Below are positions 39,424-47,561 of a DNA stretch of 64,000 nt, one piece after another. Positions within the stretch are counted from its first letter, which is position 1. Each line of letters opens with the position of its first letter. The position numbers and the translations under genes were made by a program. Below the pieces are notes generated by a model, which was not told the DNA's origin, ran no database searches, and saw nothing but the letters and a program-made list of their open reading frames with translations. The stretch is taken from positions 7,324 through 71,323 of the forward strand of contig CAZSRU010000001.1 in the NCBI GenBank assembly GCA_964609395.1. The letters run 5' to 3'. The stretch is from an uncultured Victivallales bacterium (GTDB lineage: Bacteria; Verrucomicrobiota; Kiritimatiellia; UBA8416).

Positions 39424-40800
39424 TCAGATAGTTATGCTGTGATCCTTGATTTTTCTTAGCAAGGAACTGCGATGGATTTTTAGAATTTCGGCCGCTTGGC
39501 CGCGATGTCCGCTCACGTCGCGCAAAACACGCATAATCAACTGTCGTTCGCATTCGGCAAGGCTCATGGATGGAATCTCAGAGGTCTGACCGGTGGGGGG
39601 CTGTGTTTTGGCCGGTGTTGCTTGTTTGCCGTTTGGAATGGCAAGATCCTTGGCATCAATCTCGTTGCCTGTACACAGAATGACGCCGCGTTCGATCGAA
39701 TGGCGCAGCTCACGGACGTTCCCTGGCCAGTCATAAGCGCAAAGTGCTTCCATGGCCGCCGTCGTGAATCCACTAAGGTGGCTGCCTGCTGTTTTTTTGT
39801 GATGATTGAGGCACTGTTCCGCAAGCTTTGGAATACTTTCCGGGTGCTCACGCAGCGGCGGCAGGGTCAGGGGGAAGACCGACAAACGGTAATAGAGATC
39901 CTCGCGGAACGTACCATCCTTTACCATTTCCTGTAGATTGCGGCAGGTGGCGGCGACGATGCGCACATCCACCTGAATGACTCGGCTCCCGCCTAAACGG
40001 CGGAATTGCTTGTCCTCGATCACCTTTAGCAGTTTCGCCTGCAGAGCGGGGGCCATATCGCCGATCTCATCGAGGAAAACCGTGCCGCCATCGGCGATTT
40101 CAAGCAAACCGGGTTTGCTGACCTTGGCATCAGTGAAGGCACCTTTCTCATAACCGAAAACCTCGCTTTCCATCAACGGCCCCGGAATCGCCGAGCAATT
40201 GATGTCGACAAACGGCTTCGCGGCACGTGCGCTGAGGCGATGCACGGCAGACGCCATCATTCCTTTTCCAGTTCCGCTTTCCCCTAAAAGCAGCACCGTC
40301 GTGTCGGGGAAGGCGGCAATGCGCTGTACTTTTGTAAAGAGATCACGCAGGGCTCCGCCGCCAATCATCTCGTCGAGCTGCCAGACGTCGCCGCCGGAAC
40401 CGGTCGATAGCCGCGCGAGTCCCTCCACGCGCTCTTCCATGTTGACCGCTTTCTCAACATTACGGATGATTTTCTCAAGTTGCTCGTTTTCGTACGGTTT
40501 AGGTAAGTAGTCGTAGGCCCCGCTGCGAATGGCTTGAATGGCTGATCTGACATCGCTGTGGCCGGTTACAAAAACAACGTAAGCTCCCTTTGATAAGCCG
40601 TTGATCTCTTCAAGGAAATGGAAACTGTCGCCGTCGGGTAATCGCCGGTCAAGAAAGATCAGCTTGAATTGATTATCCTTCAGTCGGCTGCGTGCTTCGC
40701 TTAACGAATCGCAGGCTTTGACGTCGTGGCCTTTGCGCTTTAAAAGGTCAAACATGACCTTGCGCTGGATTTCGTCATCTTCAACGATTAGAATATCCAT
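39424..40800 (-). CDS. sigma54-dependent response regulator (NtrC/FlgR-family, second copy)
   Basis: Receiver + AAA+ (GESGTGKG) + GAFTDA + C-terminal HTH. Confidence 0.9.
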   Translation of the reverse strand: MDILIVEDDEIQRKVMFDLLKRKGHDVKACDSLSEARSRLKDNQFKLIFLDRRLPDGDSFHFLEEINGLSKGAYVVFVTGHSDVRSAIQAIRSGAYDYLPKPYENEQLEKIIRNVEKAVNMEERVEGLARLSTGSGGDVWQLDEMIGGGALRDLFTKVQRIAAFPDTTVLLLGESGTGKGMMASAVHRLSARAAKPFVDINCSAIPGPLMESEVFGYEKGAFTDAKVSKPGLLEIADGGTVFLDEIGDMAPALQAKLLKVIEDKQFRRLGGSRVIQVDVRIVAATCRNLQEMVKDGTFREDLYYRLSVFPLTLPPLREHPESIPKLAEQCLNHHKKTAGSHLSGFTTAAMEALCAYDWPGNVRELRHSIERGVILCTGNEIDAKDLAIPNGKQATPAKTQPPTGQTSEIPSMSLAECERQLIMRVLRDVSGHRGQAAEILKIHRSSLLRKIKDHSITI

Positions 40801-41552
40801 TATGGTGTTGCCCTTTCTGCGGCATCAGACGGCGGCATCGGCATGGTCGGGCAAGATAACGTCACGGTCCATTCGTTTGCTCGGCATGGCGCCAGTTCCG
40901 CTGTGCAATCACCGCCGGTGAGGCGGGCCAGGCGTTGCGCCAACGCAAGCCCCAGGCCGAGGTGGCGTGGTCGTGTTGTGTAAAAAGGTAGAAAAGCCTG
41001 ATCTCGCAGGGCGGCGTCGATGCCAGGCCCCGAATCGGACACGGTCCATGCGATGCCGTCTTCGTTCGCCTGTAGGTGCAGGCCGACAATACCGCGCGGC
41101 ACAGCCTCGCAGGCGTTGGTCAGGAGTTCCTGCAAGGCGATTCGCATGATCGACGGCGCGGCTGTTGCCGCGTCACCCTGTTGGCGGATCTCTACATTCG
41201 GGAAACGGCGGGCTACGGCCGCCATGGCTTCTGCGGTTATGTCGGATACGAACTCTGGCCGAATCGCGGGGTCGCGTTCCCAGTACAGGCTGAATCGATT
41301 GGCCATATCGGTTAGCGAATCACACTCCCGGAGCATTAAGGGAAAGTACTCGCGAAGATCGGGAGCAAGGGCGCTTCCTGCATCGGATTCGATGAGGTTC
41401 ACGGCCCCGCTGATGCCTGAGGCGATGTTCCGCAGACGGTGCCGCAGCACATGCGACATGCGCTCTAAGTCGTCGGTGCTTAAATGGGGTGGAGTAACTG
41501 AAATCATTGTTTTTCTTATACAACTCGTGTCGGGCGGTGTCAAGAAAGTCAT
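40800..41552 (-). CDS. Soluble histidine kinase (FlgS-like, no TM segments)
   Basis: 250 aa; HisKA H-box (SHVLRHRLRNIASG) and HATPase_c (GLGLALAQRLARLTGG). Confidence 0.8.
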   Translation of the reverse strand: MTFLTPPDTSCIRKTMISVTPPHLSTDDLERMSHVLRHRLRNIASGISGAVNLIESDAGSALAPDLREYFPLMLRECDSLTDMANRFSLYWERDPAIRPEFVSDITAEAMAAVARRFPNVEIRQQGDAATAAPSIMRIALQELLTNACEAVPRGIVGLHLQANEDGIAWTVSDSGPGIDAALRDQAFLPFYTTRPRHLGLGLALAQRLARLTGGDCTAELAPCRANEWTVTLSCPTMPMPPSDAAERATP

Positions 41553-41561
41553 TTTTCGTGA

Positions 41562-43475
41562 TCACAGCGTGGCGTGCCACAGGCACAAGTTCACGATCGG
41601 CCATAGTTTCATGGGGTGGACCGTCATGCTGCCGTTCAGCCAGGCATCAACCGCGATCGGGTTGAATAGCGTGTGCCGAAGGGGCGATGTCGCAATTGCC
41701 TCCCTGATCATGGGATTCATCCACGTGTCCATCCAGTCGAAAACAGGCACGGGGAAGCTCATCTTCGGGCGCTGCAGGATCGACGTCGGGACCGAATCGG
41801 TATAGGCGTGGCGTAGCAGCCGTTTGGATTCGATCAGATCCTGTTGTACAATCTCCATCACGTTCAGCCCCTGCGCGGCAATCGCACCAGCCGGTTGCCG
41901 CCAGTCCAGGCGGTAGGTGTCCGGCAGCGAGAATGCAAAATCAACCAGCCGGTGATCGGTAAACGGGACGCGCGCCTCGACGGATGCGGCCATGGAACTG
42001 GAGTCCACCCGCAGGAGCAAGCCTTCGAGGTTGACGCGCAGGTGGGCAAGCATGATGCGGTCCAGGGTGGATGCATCCGGGTGGCGGCTGTAGAGTTGCT
42101 GATAGAAGGCTCGGATGGCATGGTCGTTGTGCAGGCTGGCCGTGATATCCGGATGCATCCAGAGTTGCTTCTCCGGCGTGGACATCCAGGTGTTCAGCAG
42201 CAGGTGCTGGGTGGCCAGATCCGGCAGGTGCGCTTGTCCATAGCCGCGCAGTAGCGCCTGATCGGTCGCATTCATACCTGACTCAGGCTTTGGTGAGCGC
42301 GAAGCCCGGTCGAAGTCATGGGCCGCGAAATAGGCAATCGTGTAACCGCCGAAGATCTCGTCGGCACCTTCGCCGCTCAAGGCCACCGTGTATTCCTCGC
42401 GCAGTGCTTTTGAAAGCATGTAGATCGGCACTTCGTTAGGGGTGGTGAGAGGGAGACCGTTCTGGCGTATCAAAAAATCCCACAATGCGGGGTAATCGGC
42501 CGAGTCAAGCGTGATTTTGCGGCACTTCATACGGTAGGCGTCAGCCGCCTCTTTCACATACGGGAATTCGTTGAACCCGGGTTGCGCGTAGCCCACGTTA
42601 TAGGCGTGAAAGTGGTTGTCCGTGAGGGTGCTGGCCTGTTCTGCAATAATGGTTGAATCCAGGCCGCCGCTGAGAAAACCGCCCAGCGGAACGTCGCTGA
42701 TCAGGCGCAGCCGTACCGCCTCCTTGATCAAGTCGCGCGTTTCTTCGGCCGCCGCTTCCAGTGAGAGCCGTGATTTGTCCTGCGGTGCAGGGCAGGATGG
42801 TGCCCAATAGCAGCCGCCATGCTGCCCGCCGCTCGCGTCGATGCGCATCCAGTGGCCGGGTTCCAGCAAGTGCACGCCGCTGAGCAGGGTATCCTGCCCG
42901 AGATTAACCCGTATGGTGGATAGGTAGTGGGAGGCGGCCGAAGCGTCAAGTGCGGGTTTTTCCGGCAGCAGGGCCAGCAATGCGCGCATCGACGAGGCAA
43001 AACAGAACGTCTTGCGTTGCTGTGCCCAGAATAGCGGCTTTACGCCCAGTCGGTCGCGGGCCAGGAAGAGTGCGCGGTGGCGGGGGTCATAAATGGCGAA
43101 GGCAAACATGCCGAGGAGTCGGTAAATGCAGGCCGTGTCCCACTCCAGAAAGGCGTGCAGCAGCACTTCGGTGTCCGAATGGGTTTGAAATGCGTGTCCC
43201 GCGGCTTGCAGCTCGGTGCGCAATTCCCGGTAATTGTAAATCTCTCCATTAAAGACGATTACCGATCCGGTTTGCGGATCCACCAGCGGCTGGTGCCCGC
43301 CGTCGATGTCGATAATGGCCAGGCGTCGGTGCGCAAGCCCTATGCGGTCTGTGTGGAATTGCCCCTGATCGTCCGGGCCGCGCAAGGCCATGCAATCGGC
43401 CGCATCCTGAAGCCGCGGCAGCCACTGCTCGCAAGGAAGTGCGGTGGGGGAGGCGTAGCCGGCAATACCGCACAT
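41562..43475 (-). CDS. Asparagine-synthetase-family glutamine amidotransferase, PseA-like candidate flagellin-glycan modification enzyme (start moved to MCGIAG ATG 43475, RBS AGGAG)
   Basis: N-terminal Ntn Cys (MCGIAGY), PP-loop SGGLDSS; adjacent to fliD and flagellin. Confidence 0.75.
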   Translation of the reverse strand: MCGIAGYASPTALPCEQWLPRLQDAADCMALRGPDDQGQFHTDRIGLAHRRLAIIDIDGGHQPLVDPQTGSVIVFNGEIYNYRELRTELQAAGHAFQTHSDTEVLLHAFLEWDTACIYRLLGMFAFAIYDPRHRALFLARDRLGVKPLFWAQQRKTFCFASSMRALLALLPEKPALDASAASHYLSTIRVNLGQDTLLSGVHLLEPGHWMRIDASGGQHGGCYWAPSCPAPQDKSRLSLEAAAEETRDLIKEAVRLRLISDVPLGGFLSGGLDSTIIAEQASTLTDNHFHAYNVGYAQPGFNEFPYVKEAADAYRMKCRKITLDSADYPALWDFLIRQNGLPLTTPNEVPIYMLSKALREEYTVALSGEGADEIFGGYTIAYFAAHDFDRASRSPKPESGMNATDQALLRGYGQAHLPDLATQHLLLNTWMSTPEKQLWMHPDITASLHNDHAIRAFYQQLYSRHPDASTLDRIMLAHLRVNLEGLLLRVDSSSMAASVEARVPFTDHRLVDFAFSLPDTYRLDWRQPAGAIAAQGLNVMEIVQQDLIESKRLLRHAYTDSVPTSILQRPKMSFPVPVFDWMDTWMNPMIREAIATSPLRHTLFNPIAVDAWLNGSMTVHPMKLWPIVNLCLWHATL

Positions 43476-43491
43476 GGGGACGCTCCTGCCG

Positions 43492-44967
43492 TTACTTGCT
43501 GCCGTTGAGCTGGCCCAACAGGAATTCGAACCCCGACTGCATTTTGCCGATGGCCTCATCCATGGCACCGAACTGACGCCAGAGCATCGCTTCTTTCATC
43601 TCCAGTTCCCGCGTCATGCGGTCAATCCGTTCGTCCTGGCGAGTGATCTCATCATTGATATTCTCAATGCCGACATCAATCCATCCGTCGAGCTCCGAGG
43701 CGTAATTCTTGGTTTCCGTATAAATGGAAAGGGCGATGCCGCCTTCGCGTACGCCGGCCTGTGTTTCGGAGGGAACGCCCCGGAAAAGATTTTCAACCTC
43801 AGTGGGATATTGCTCCAACATGGCATCGAGGCGTTCTTCGTCGATAATGGCCAAGCGGTTCTGTTCTCCCTGGGTCCAGATACCGATGTGTTGGAGAGAA
43901 TCCATGACTCCCTGTGCCCCGTTGAACGAATACCCTGCATTATCAGCCGTGTGGGTACTGTTCATCAGTTGCCCGGCCAACCCACGCAATTTATAGGTGA
44001 TTTCGCGCATCATACTGTTGTCTTGCAGCATGCCAGGTAAAGGGTTCGATGGATCGCTGCGATCCCAGGTCCCGTAGAACTCATTGACTTCCGCAGCCGT
44101 GTTGTAGGCTTCTATGAAGGTGTTGATCGACTCCTTGATCGCGGCATTATCCCGCCCCACCTTGATTTCGCTGTATCCGGTGTCGTACAAGTTCAGCGTG
44201 ACGCCGTCGACAATATCGGATAGACCGGTGTTGGACGAGCGGGTAACCGTGGCACCATTCACCTTGAATTCGGCATTCTGGGCGGATAGCAATTCGTTGG
44301 TGACCGTGCCAAAGGCGTCCAGGACGCCGAGGCTGAGCAGAGGGGTTCCGGCCGTGTCGGAGATGGAAATGGTATCCGAGCCAGTGTTGACACGCTGAAG
44401 GACGAGCCGATTATCAAGGATCGATGCGGTCACTTGGTCGGCTTCCGGCATAAGCTCGGTGGCCGCATTGATTTTGTCGCGTAGCGAGGACAGGGTTTCC
44501 GTATTACTGATGGTAAAGGTCTGGCCGCCGATGGCGAACTGGTCTCCGAGGCTGACGCCGGCAATGGTGGTCAGGAGCGTGGAGGAGGTCACGGGGGCCC
44601 CCCCCGAGTCGGTCAGTCCGGTAGCGGAGGCAATCGTTTGTGCGCGAGCCAGTTGCGTGACTTCTATCGTATAGGTATTGGCGGCGGCATTGGCGGCGGC
44701 GGTGGCGGTCGCCACTGAGGAATCGGTGCTAGTGGACGCCATTTTACGCCAGACATCCATCCAGCGCAGGCTGTCGGAGGCGCGCGTCAGGGCGCTAAGG
44801 TTGTCCTTTACATCAATCCATGCCGTGACCTTATCATTGCGCAAGGACTGTTCGTCCTGCACTTTTTTAACGCGGCTGCCTTCCATCTCCATGATTTTGG
44901 CGATGGTGGCACCTACATCGAACCCGGAAGCGAGTCCGCTGATACGAAAATCGGGTGTAACACTCAT
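43492..44967 (-). CDS. fliD: Flagellar filament cap protein FliD
   Basis: 491 aa; N-terminus ISGLASGFDVGATIAKIMEME and coiled-coil C-terminus typical of FliD. Confidence 0.9.
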   Translation of the reverse strand: MSVTPDFRISGLASGFDVGATIAKIMEMEGSRVKKVQDEQSLRNDKVTAWIDVKDNLSALTRASDSLRWMDVWRKMASTSTDSSVATATAAANAAANTYTIEVTQLARAQTIASATGLTDSGGAPVTSSTLLTTIAGVSLGDQFAIGGQTFTISNTETLSSLRDKINAATELMPEADQVTASILDNRLVLQRVNTGSDTISISDTAGTPLLSLGVLDAFGTVTNELLSAQNAEFKVNGATVTRSSNTGLSDIVDGVTLNLYDTGYSEIKVGRDNAAIKESINTFIEAYNTAAEVNEFYGTWDRSDPSNPLPGMLQDNSMMREITYKLRGLAGQLMNSTHTADNAGYSFNGAQGVMDSLQHIGIWTQGEQNRLAIIDEERLDAMLEQYPTEVENLFRGVPSETQAGVREGGIALSIYTETKNYASELDGWIDVGIENINDEITRQDERIDRMTRELEMKEAMLWRQFGAMDEAIGKMQSGFEFLLGQLNGSK

Positions 44968-44982
44968 GGTGCTGATGTGGCT

Positions 44983-44998
44983 AGCAGGGTTAATGCCA
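44983..44998 (-). promoter_or_regulatory. sigma54 promoter TGGCATtaaccCTGCT upstream of fliD (-12 C is 17 nt before the ATG)
   Basis: Exact -24/-12 spacing; core GCTAGCAGGGT shared with the LysM-operon promoter. Confidence 0.6.
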
Positions 44999-45002
44999 TG
45001 GA

Positions 45003-45035
45003 GGATTATGGAAAAAAAAACGGGACGCCGTTCAG
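45003..45035 (-). terminator. Rho-independent terminator of flagellin 1 (8-bp GC stem CGGGACGC/GCGTCCCG followed by T9 on the minus strand)
   Basis: Perfect inverted repeat followed by a 9-nt U-tract in the transcribed orientation. Confidence 0.8.
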
Positions 45036-45058
45036 AGCGTCCCGCTTATGCCACTTAT

Positions 45059-45086
45059 AAGGAGTTGGAGCCACCTCGCCGCTGCG
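45059..45086. other. 12-bp perfect-stem hairpin GAGCCACCTCGC-cgct-GCGAGGTGGCTC just downstream of flagellin 1 stop
   Basis: Perfect palindrome, no T-tract; lies between the flagellin stop and the terminator. Confidence 0.6.
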
Positions 45087-45111
45087 CGAGGTGGCTCGTT
45101 GTCCGTTATAA

Positions 45112-46050
45112 TTAACCGATCAACTGCAGCACGCTCTGCGGCAAGGCGTTTGCCTGTGCCAGCATAGCGGTACCGACCTGCGTCAGGATCTGCTGCTTCA
45201 TGAAGTTCGTGGATTCCAAGGCCATATCCGTGTCGCGGATCTGGCTCTCAGCACCCATGATGTTCTCCTGATAGCTGCGGATACCTTCCAGCGAATGGCC
45301 AAGCCGACTGGCCTCGGCACCCAGCGTCGCCCGCGCCTTGCTGAGGTGGTCGACCGCCAGTTTCAGCACGGCGGTTGCGCGCTGCGCACCTGCCATGGTC
45401 GAAATCTGGATGCCGCCACCGATGTCCGAGATTCCGCGTGCAAGCACCATCGACCAGTGGATTTCCTGCTGAGTCGTTACCGCGCCGACACCCGCGAACT
45501 GACCGCACGAGAACGTGATGAACGTTTCGCCGAGAACGGCCGTGCTGTTGGCATGCAGTGCCAGCGACGTTCCGCAGAACAACTGTCCCGGATCCGCGCC
45601 GACCTGAGTGACCAAACCATTGCTACCCTGGAACAAATTGGCTGTGTTGAATTTACCGCGCGCCAAACTGCCGGTTGTGATTCGTGTGATTTCCGCCTGC
45701 ATCTGCTCAAATTCCACCTGCAGATTGTCGCGGTCCGTCTGTGTTTTCGTTCCATCGGCCGATGCCACGGCGAGTTCGTTCATCCGGTGCACCATATCGT
45801 GGATCTTCTGCATCCAGGAATCCGCCGTACGCATGTAAGCCTGGGCATTCTGGATGTTCTGAGCCGCCATGCTCGAATTGCGGATCTGCGAACGCATACG
45901 TTCGCTCATCGCCAAGCCAGCCGGATCATCCGACGCCGTCGTGATGCGCAAACCGCTGGACAGCTTGCTCATCGATGAGCGCATGCTATTCACGCTGGAC
46001 GCATAGTTAACCCACACACCGAACGCGGGAACGTTATTGTATACTTGCAT
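45112..46050 (-). CDS. fliC: Flagellin (short D0-D1 type), paralog 1 (start at MQVYNN ATG 46050, RBS GGAGG)
   Basis: Flagellin N-terminus (KLSSGLRITTASDDPAGLAMSERMRSQIRN) and C-terminus (STNFMKQQILTQVGTAMLAQANALPQSVLQLIG). Confidence 0.9.
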   Translation of the reverse strand: MQVYNNVPAFGVWVNYASSVNSMRSSMSKLSSGLRITTASDDPAGLAMSERMRSQIRNSSMAAQNIQNAQAYMRTADSWMQKIHDMVHRMNELAVASADGTKTQTDRDNLQVEFEQMQAEITRITTGSLARGKFNTANLFQGSNGLVTQVGADPGQLFCGTSLALHANSTAVLGETFITFSCGQFAGVGAVTTQQEIHWSMVLARGISDIGGGIQISTMAGAQRATAVLKLAVDHLSKARATLGAEASRLGHSLEGIRSYQENIMGAESQIRDTDMALESTNFMKQQILTQVGTAMLAQANALPQSVLQLIG

Positions 46051-46453
46051 GATCTTCCTCCGTGATTTTGTCTTCACTTTTGAATTTTCACCTTAAGAGT
46101 TAGCATCCTTGCTTTCTCTGACTTATGCCGCTATCCGTTTTCTTTGGGTCGCTTATGCCGGAGGATTGCGAGCTCTATGCCGGTTTCCTCGACCCCTCGC
46201 GATGTTGTAATCTATTTCCGAGTTCCATTCCCCCCTTTTCTTTTGACTGACGCTTAATCTGGACGGCCGACACCGCATCGGCCTCCCCGCACAGTCGTAG
46301 ATTCGGTATCCAGACCCCGGTGCTTAAACAAGGCATCATATTTTCCAGCGATCTGCGGTGGCGTCGGCAGAAGTTGCCCATCGCGGTAGGGGTGCCGCCC
46401 GCGGTGATGGCAGTATTTTCCGTTTCAAGGGCTCTGATCATGCAGTTTCCGTG

Positions 46454-46469
46454 TGGCATCCGTGGTGCT
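46454..46469 (+). promoter_or_regulatory. sigma54 promoter TGGCATccgtgGTGCT upstream of fliW-csrA
   Basis: Exact spacing; ~70 nt before the fliW ATG. Confidence 0.5.
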
Positions 46470-46537
46470 TTAGAGAAGCAGCCAAGTCGAGAGGCAACGC
46501 GAACACGGAGGCGGTAAAACAAACGAGGGACGCAGCT

Positions 46538-47062
46538 ATGAACACGAAGTCGATATACGAAGACGCGATTGTTGTTAAACCTTATTCGAGGCTGGTCTCC
46601 TTGACGATCCGGCCGGAGCATGTATTCCATCTCCCGCAAGGCCTGCCTGCCTTTGAGGGATTCAAGAATTACATTTTCACGATCAAGCCGGATACCAGTC
46701 CATTTATTTTCATGCAATCAATTGAGCCCGCCGGCCTTTCGTTTGTCTGTATTGACCCCTTCCTGGTGTATCCGGATTATGCGCCCCGTATCGGGACCGC
46801 CGACCAGGATCTTCTTCGTCTTGCCCGCCCGGAAGCGCTGATGTTGTTAAGCATCGTGACCGTGCGCGCCGATGAACGCGAAACAACGGCGAATCTACAG
46901 GGACCCCTGGCGATCAATATTGAAAACTCGATCGGCAAGCAGATTCTCTGCGATGGGCAGACTTATCCGGTGCGGTATAGGATCTGGGATGCCATCAGCC
47001 AGGACGAAACGACGCTCGATCAGGCTTCCGTGCGGTACGGCATTGAGTATGCTAGCGCATAG
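46538..47062 (+). CDS. fliW: Flagellar assembly factor FliW (CsrA antagonist); start moved to MNTKS ATG 46538 (RBS GAGGGA)
   Basis: FliW-family sequence (FEGFKNYIFTI...LLSIVTVRAD...TANLQGPLAINI) directly upstream of csrA. Confidence 0.85.
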   Translation: MNTKSIYEDAIVVKPYSRLVSLTIRPEHVFHLPQGLPAFEGFKNYIFTIKPDTSPFIFMQSIEPAGLSFVCIDPFLVYPDYAPRIGTADQDLLRLARPEALMLLSIVTVRADERETTANLQGPLAINIENSIGKQILCDGQTYPVRYRIWDAISQDETTLDQASVRYGIEYASA

Positions 47063-47132
47063 ATGGAACGGGGCATGATGAGAATGGCAGCTAATGGTTT
47101 ATTGAAAACGCGACAGGCCAAGGAGGGCCGCT

Positions 47133-47366
47133 ATGCTAGTACTGACAAGGAAGTTGGAAGAGAGCGTGATGATCGGCACGGACATCGAGGTGCGCGTACT
47201 GGGGGTACATGGCGATCAGGTGCGATTGGGTTTTTCGGCACCTAAAACGGTTTCGGTTTTCCGCAAGGAAGTGTTCGATGCGATTCAGGAGGAAAATCGG
47301 CAGGCGGCCAGTCCGGACAAGGTTGGACTGGCGGCGTTTGCCGAATCGTTTAAACGACGGGGTTAA
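47133..47366 (+). CDS. csrA: Carbon storage regulator CsrA
   Basis: MLVLTRKLEESVMIGTDIEVRVLGV...VRLGFSAPKTVSVFRKEV matches CsrA almost residue-for-residue. Confidence 0.95.
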   Translation: MLVLTRKLEESVMIGTDIEVRVLGVHGDQVRLGFSAPKTVSVFRKEVFDAIQEENRQAASPDKVGLAAFAESFKRRG

Positions 47367-47517
47367 TCCAAGGTCCGTTCCAGGGCTGGATTATGGAAAG
47401 GAGGTGACGGGAGTCAGTCGGGGTTGGAATGCACTGCCGCCGGTGCAGTGCACAGGGCGCCATGGGCGGTCTGGAGTGATGCCGGTGTTGTAAATGAGGA
47501 TTCAATGCTAACAAGAA

Positions 47518-47553
47518 GGGGCAAGGACGCCCCAGATTAAAAATCAAGGAGGA
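47518..47553 (+). promoter_or_regulatory. Putative CsrA binding sites in the flagellin 2 leader: GGA in a hairpin loop (GGGGC-AAGGAC-GCCCC) plus GGA overlapping the Shine-Dalgarno AAGGAGG
   Basis: Stem-loop 47518..47533 with an AAGGA loop; second GGA at the SD 47546..47553; arrangement mirrors known CsrA-hag regulation. Confidence 0.5.
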
Positions 47554-47561
47554 GAGAGAAA

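Noticed and set aside
46394-46410. TGGCAG-like -24 element at 46394 upstream of fliW
   Set aside because: There is no GC at the -12 position with correct spacing; the nearby 46454 site matches fully
46175-46717. 180 aa minus-strand ORF overlapping the fliW promoter and 5' end
   Set aside because: It overlaps the strongly supported fliW gene and its sigma54 promoter, with no start-site signals; judged spurious
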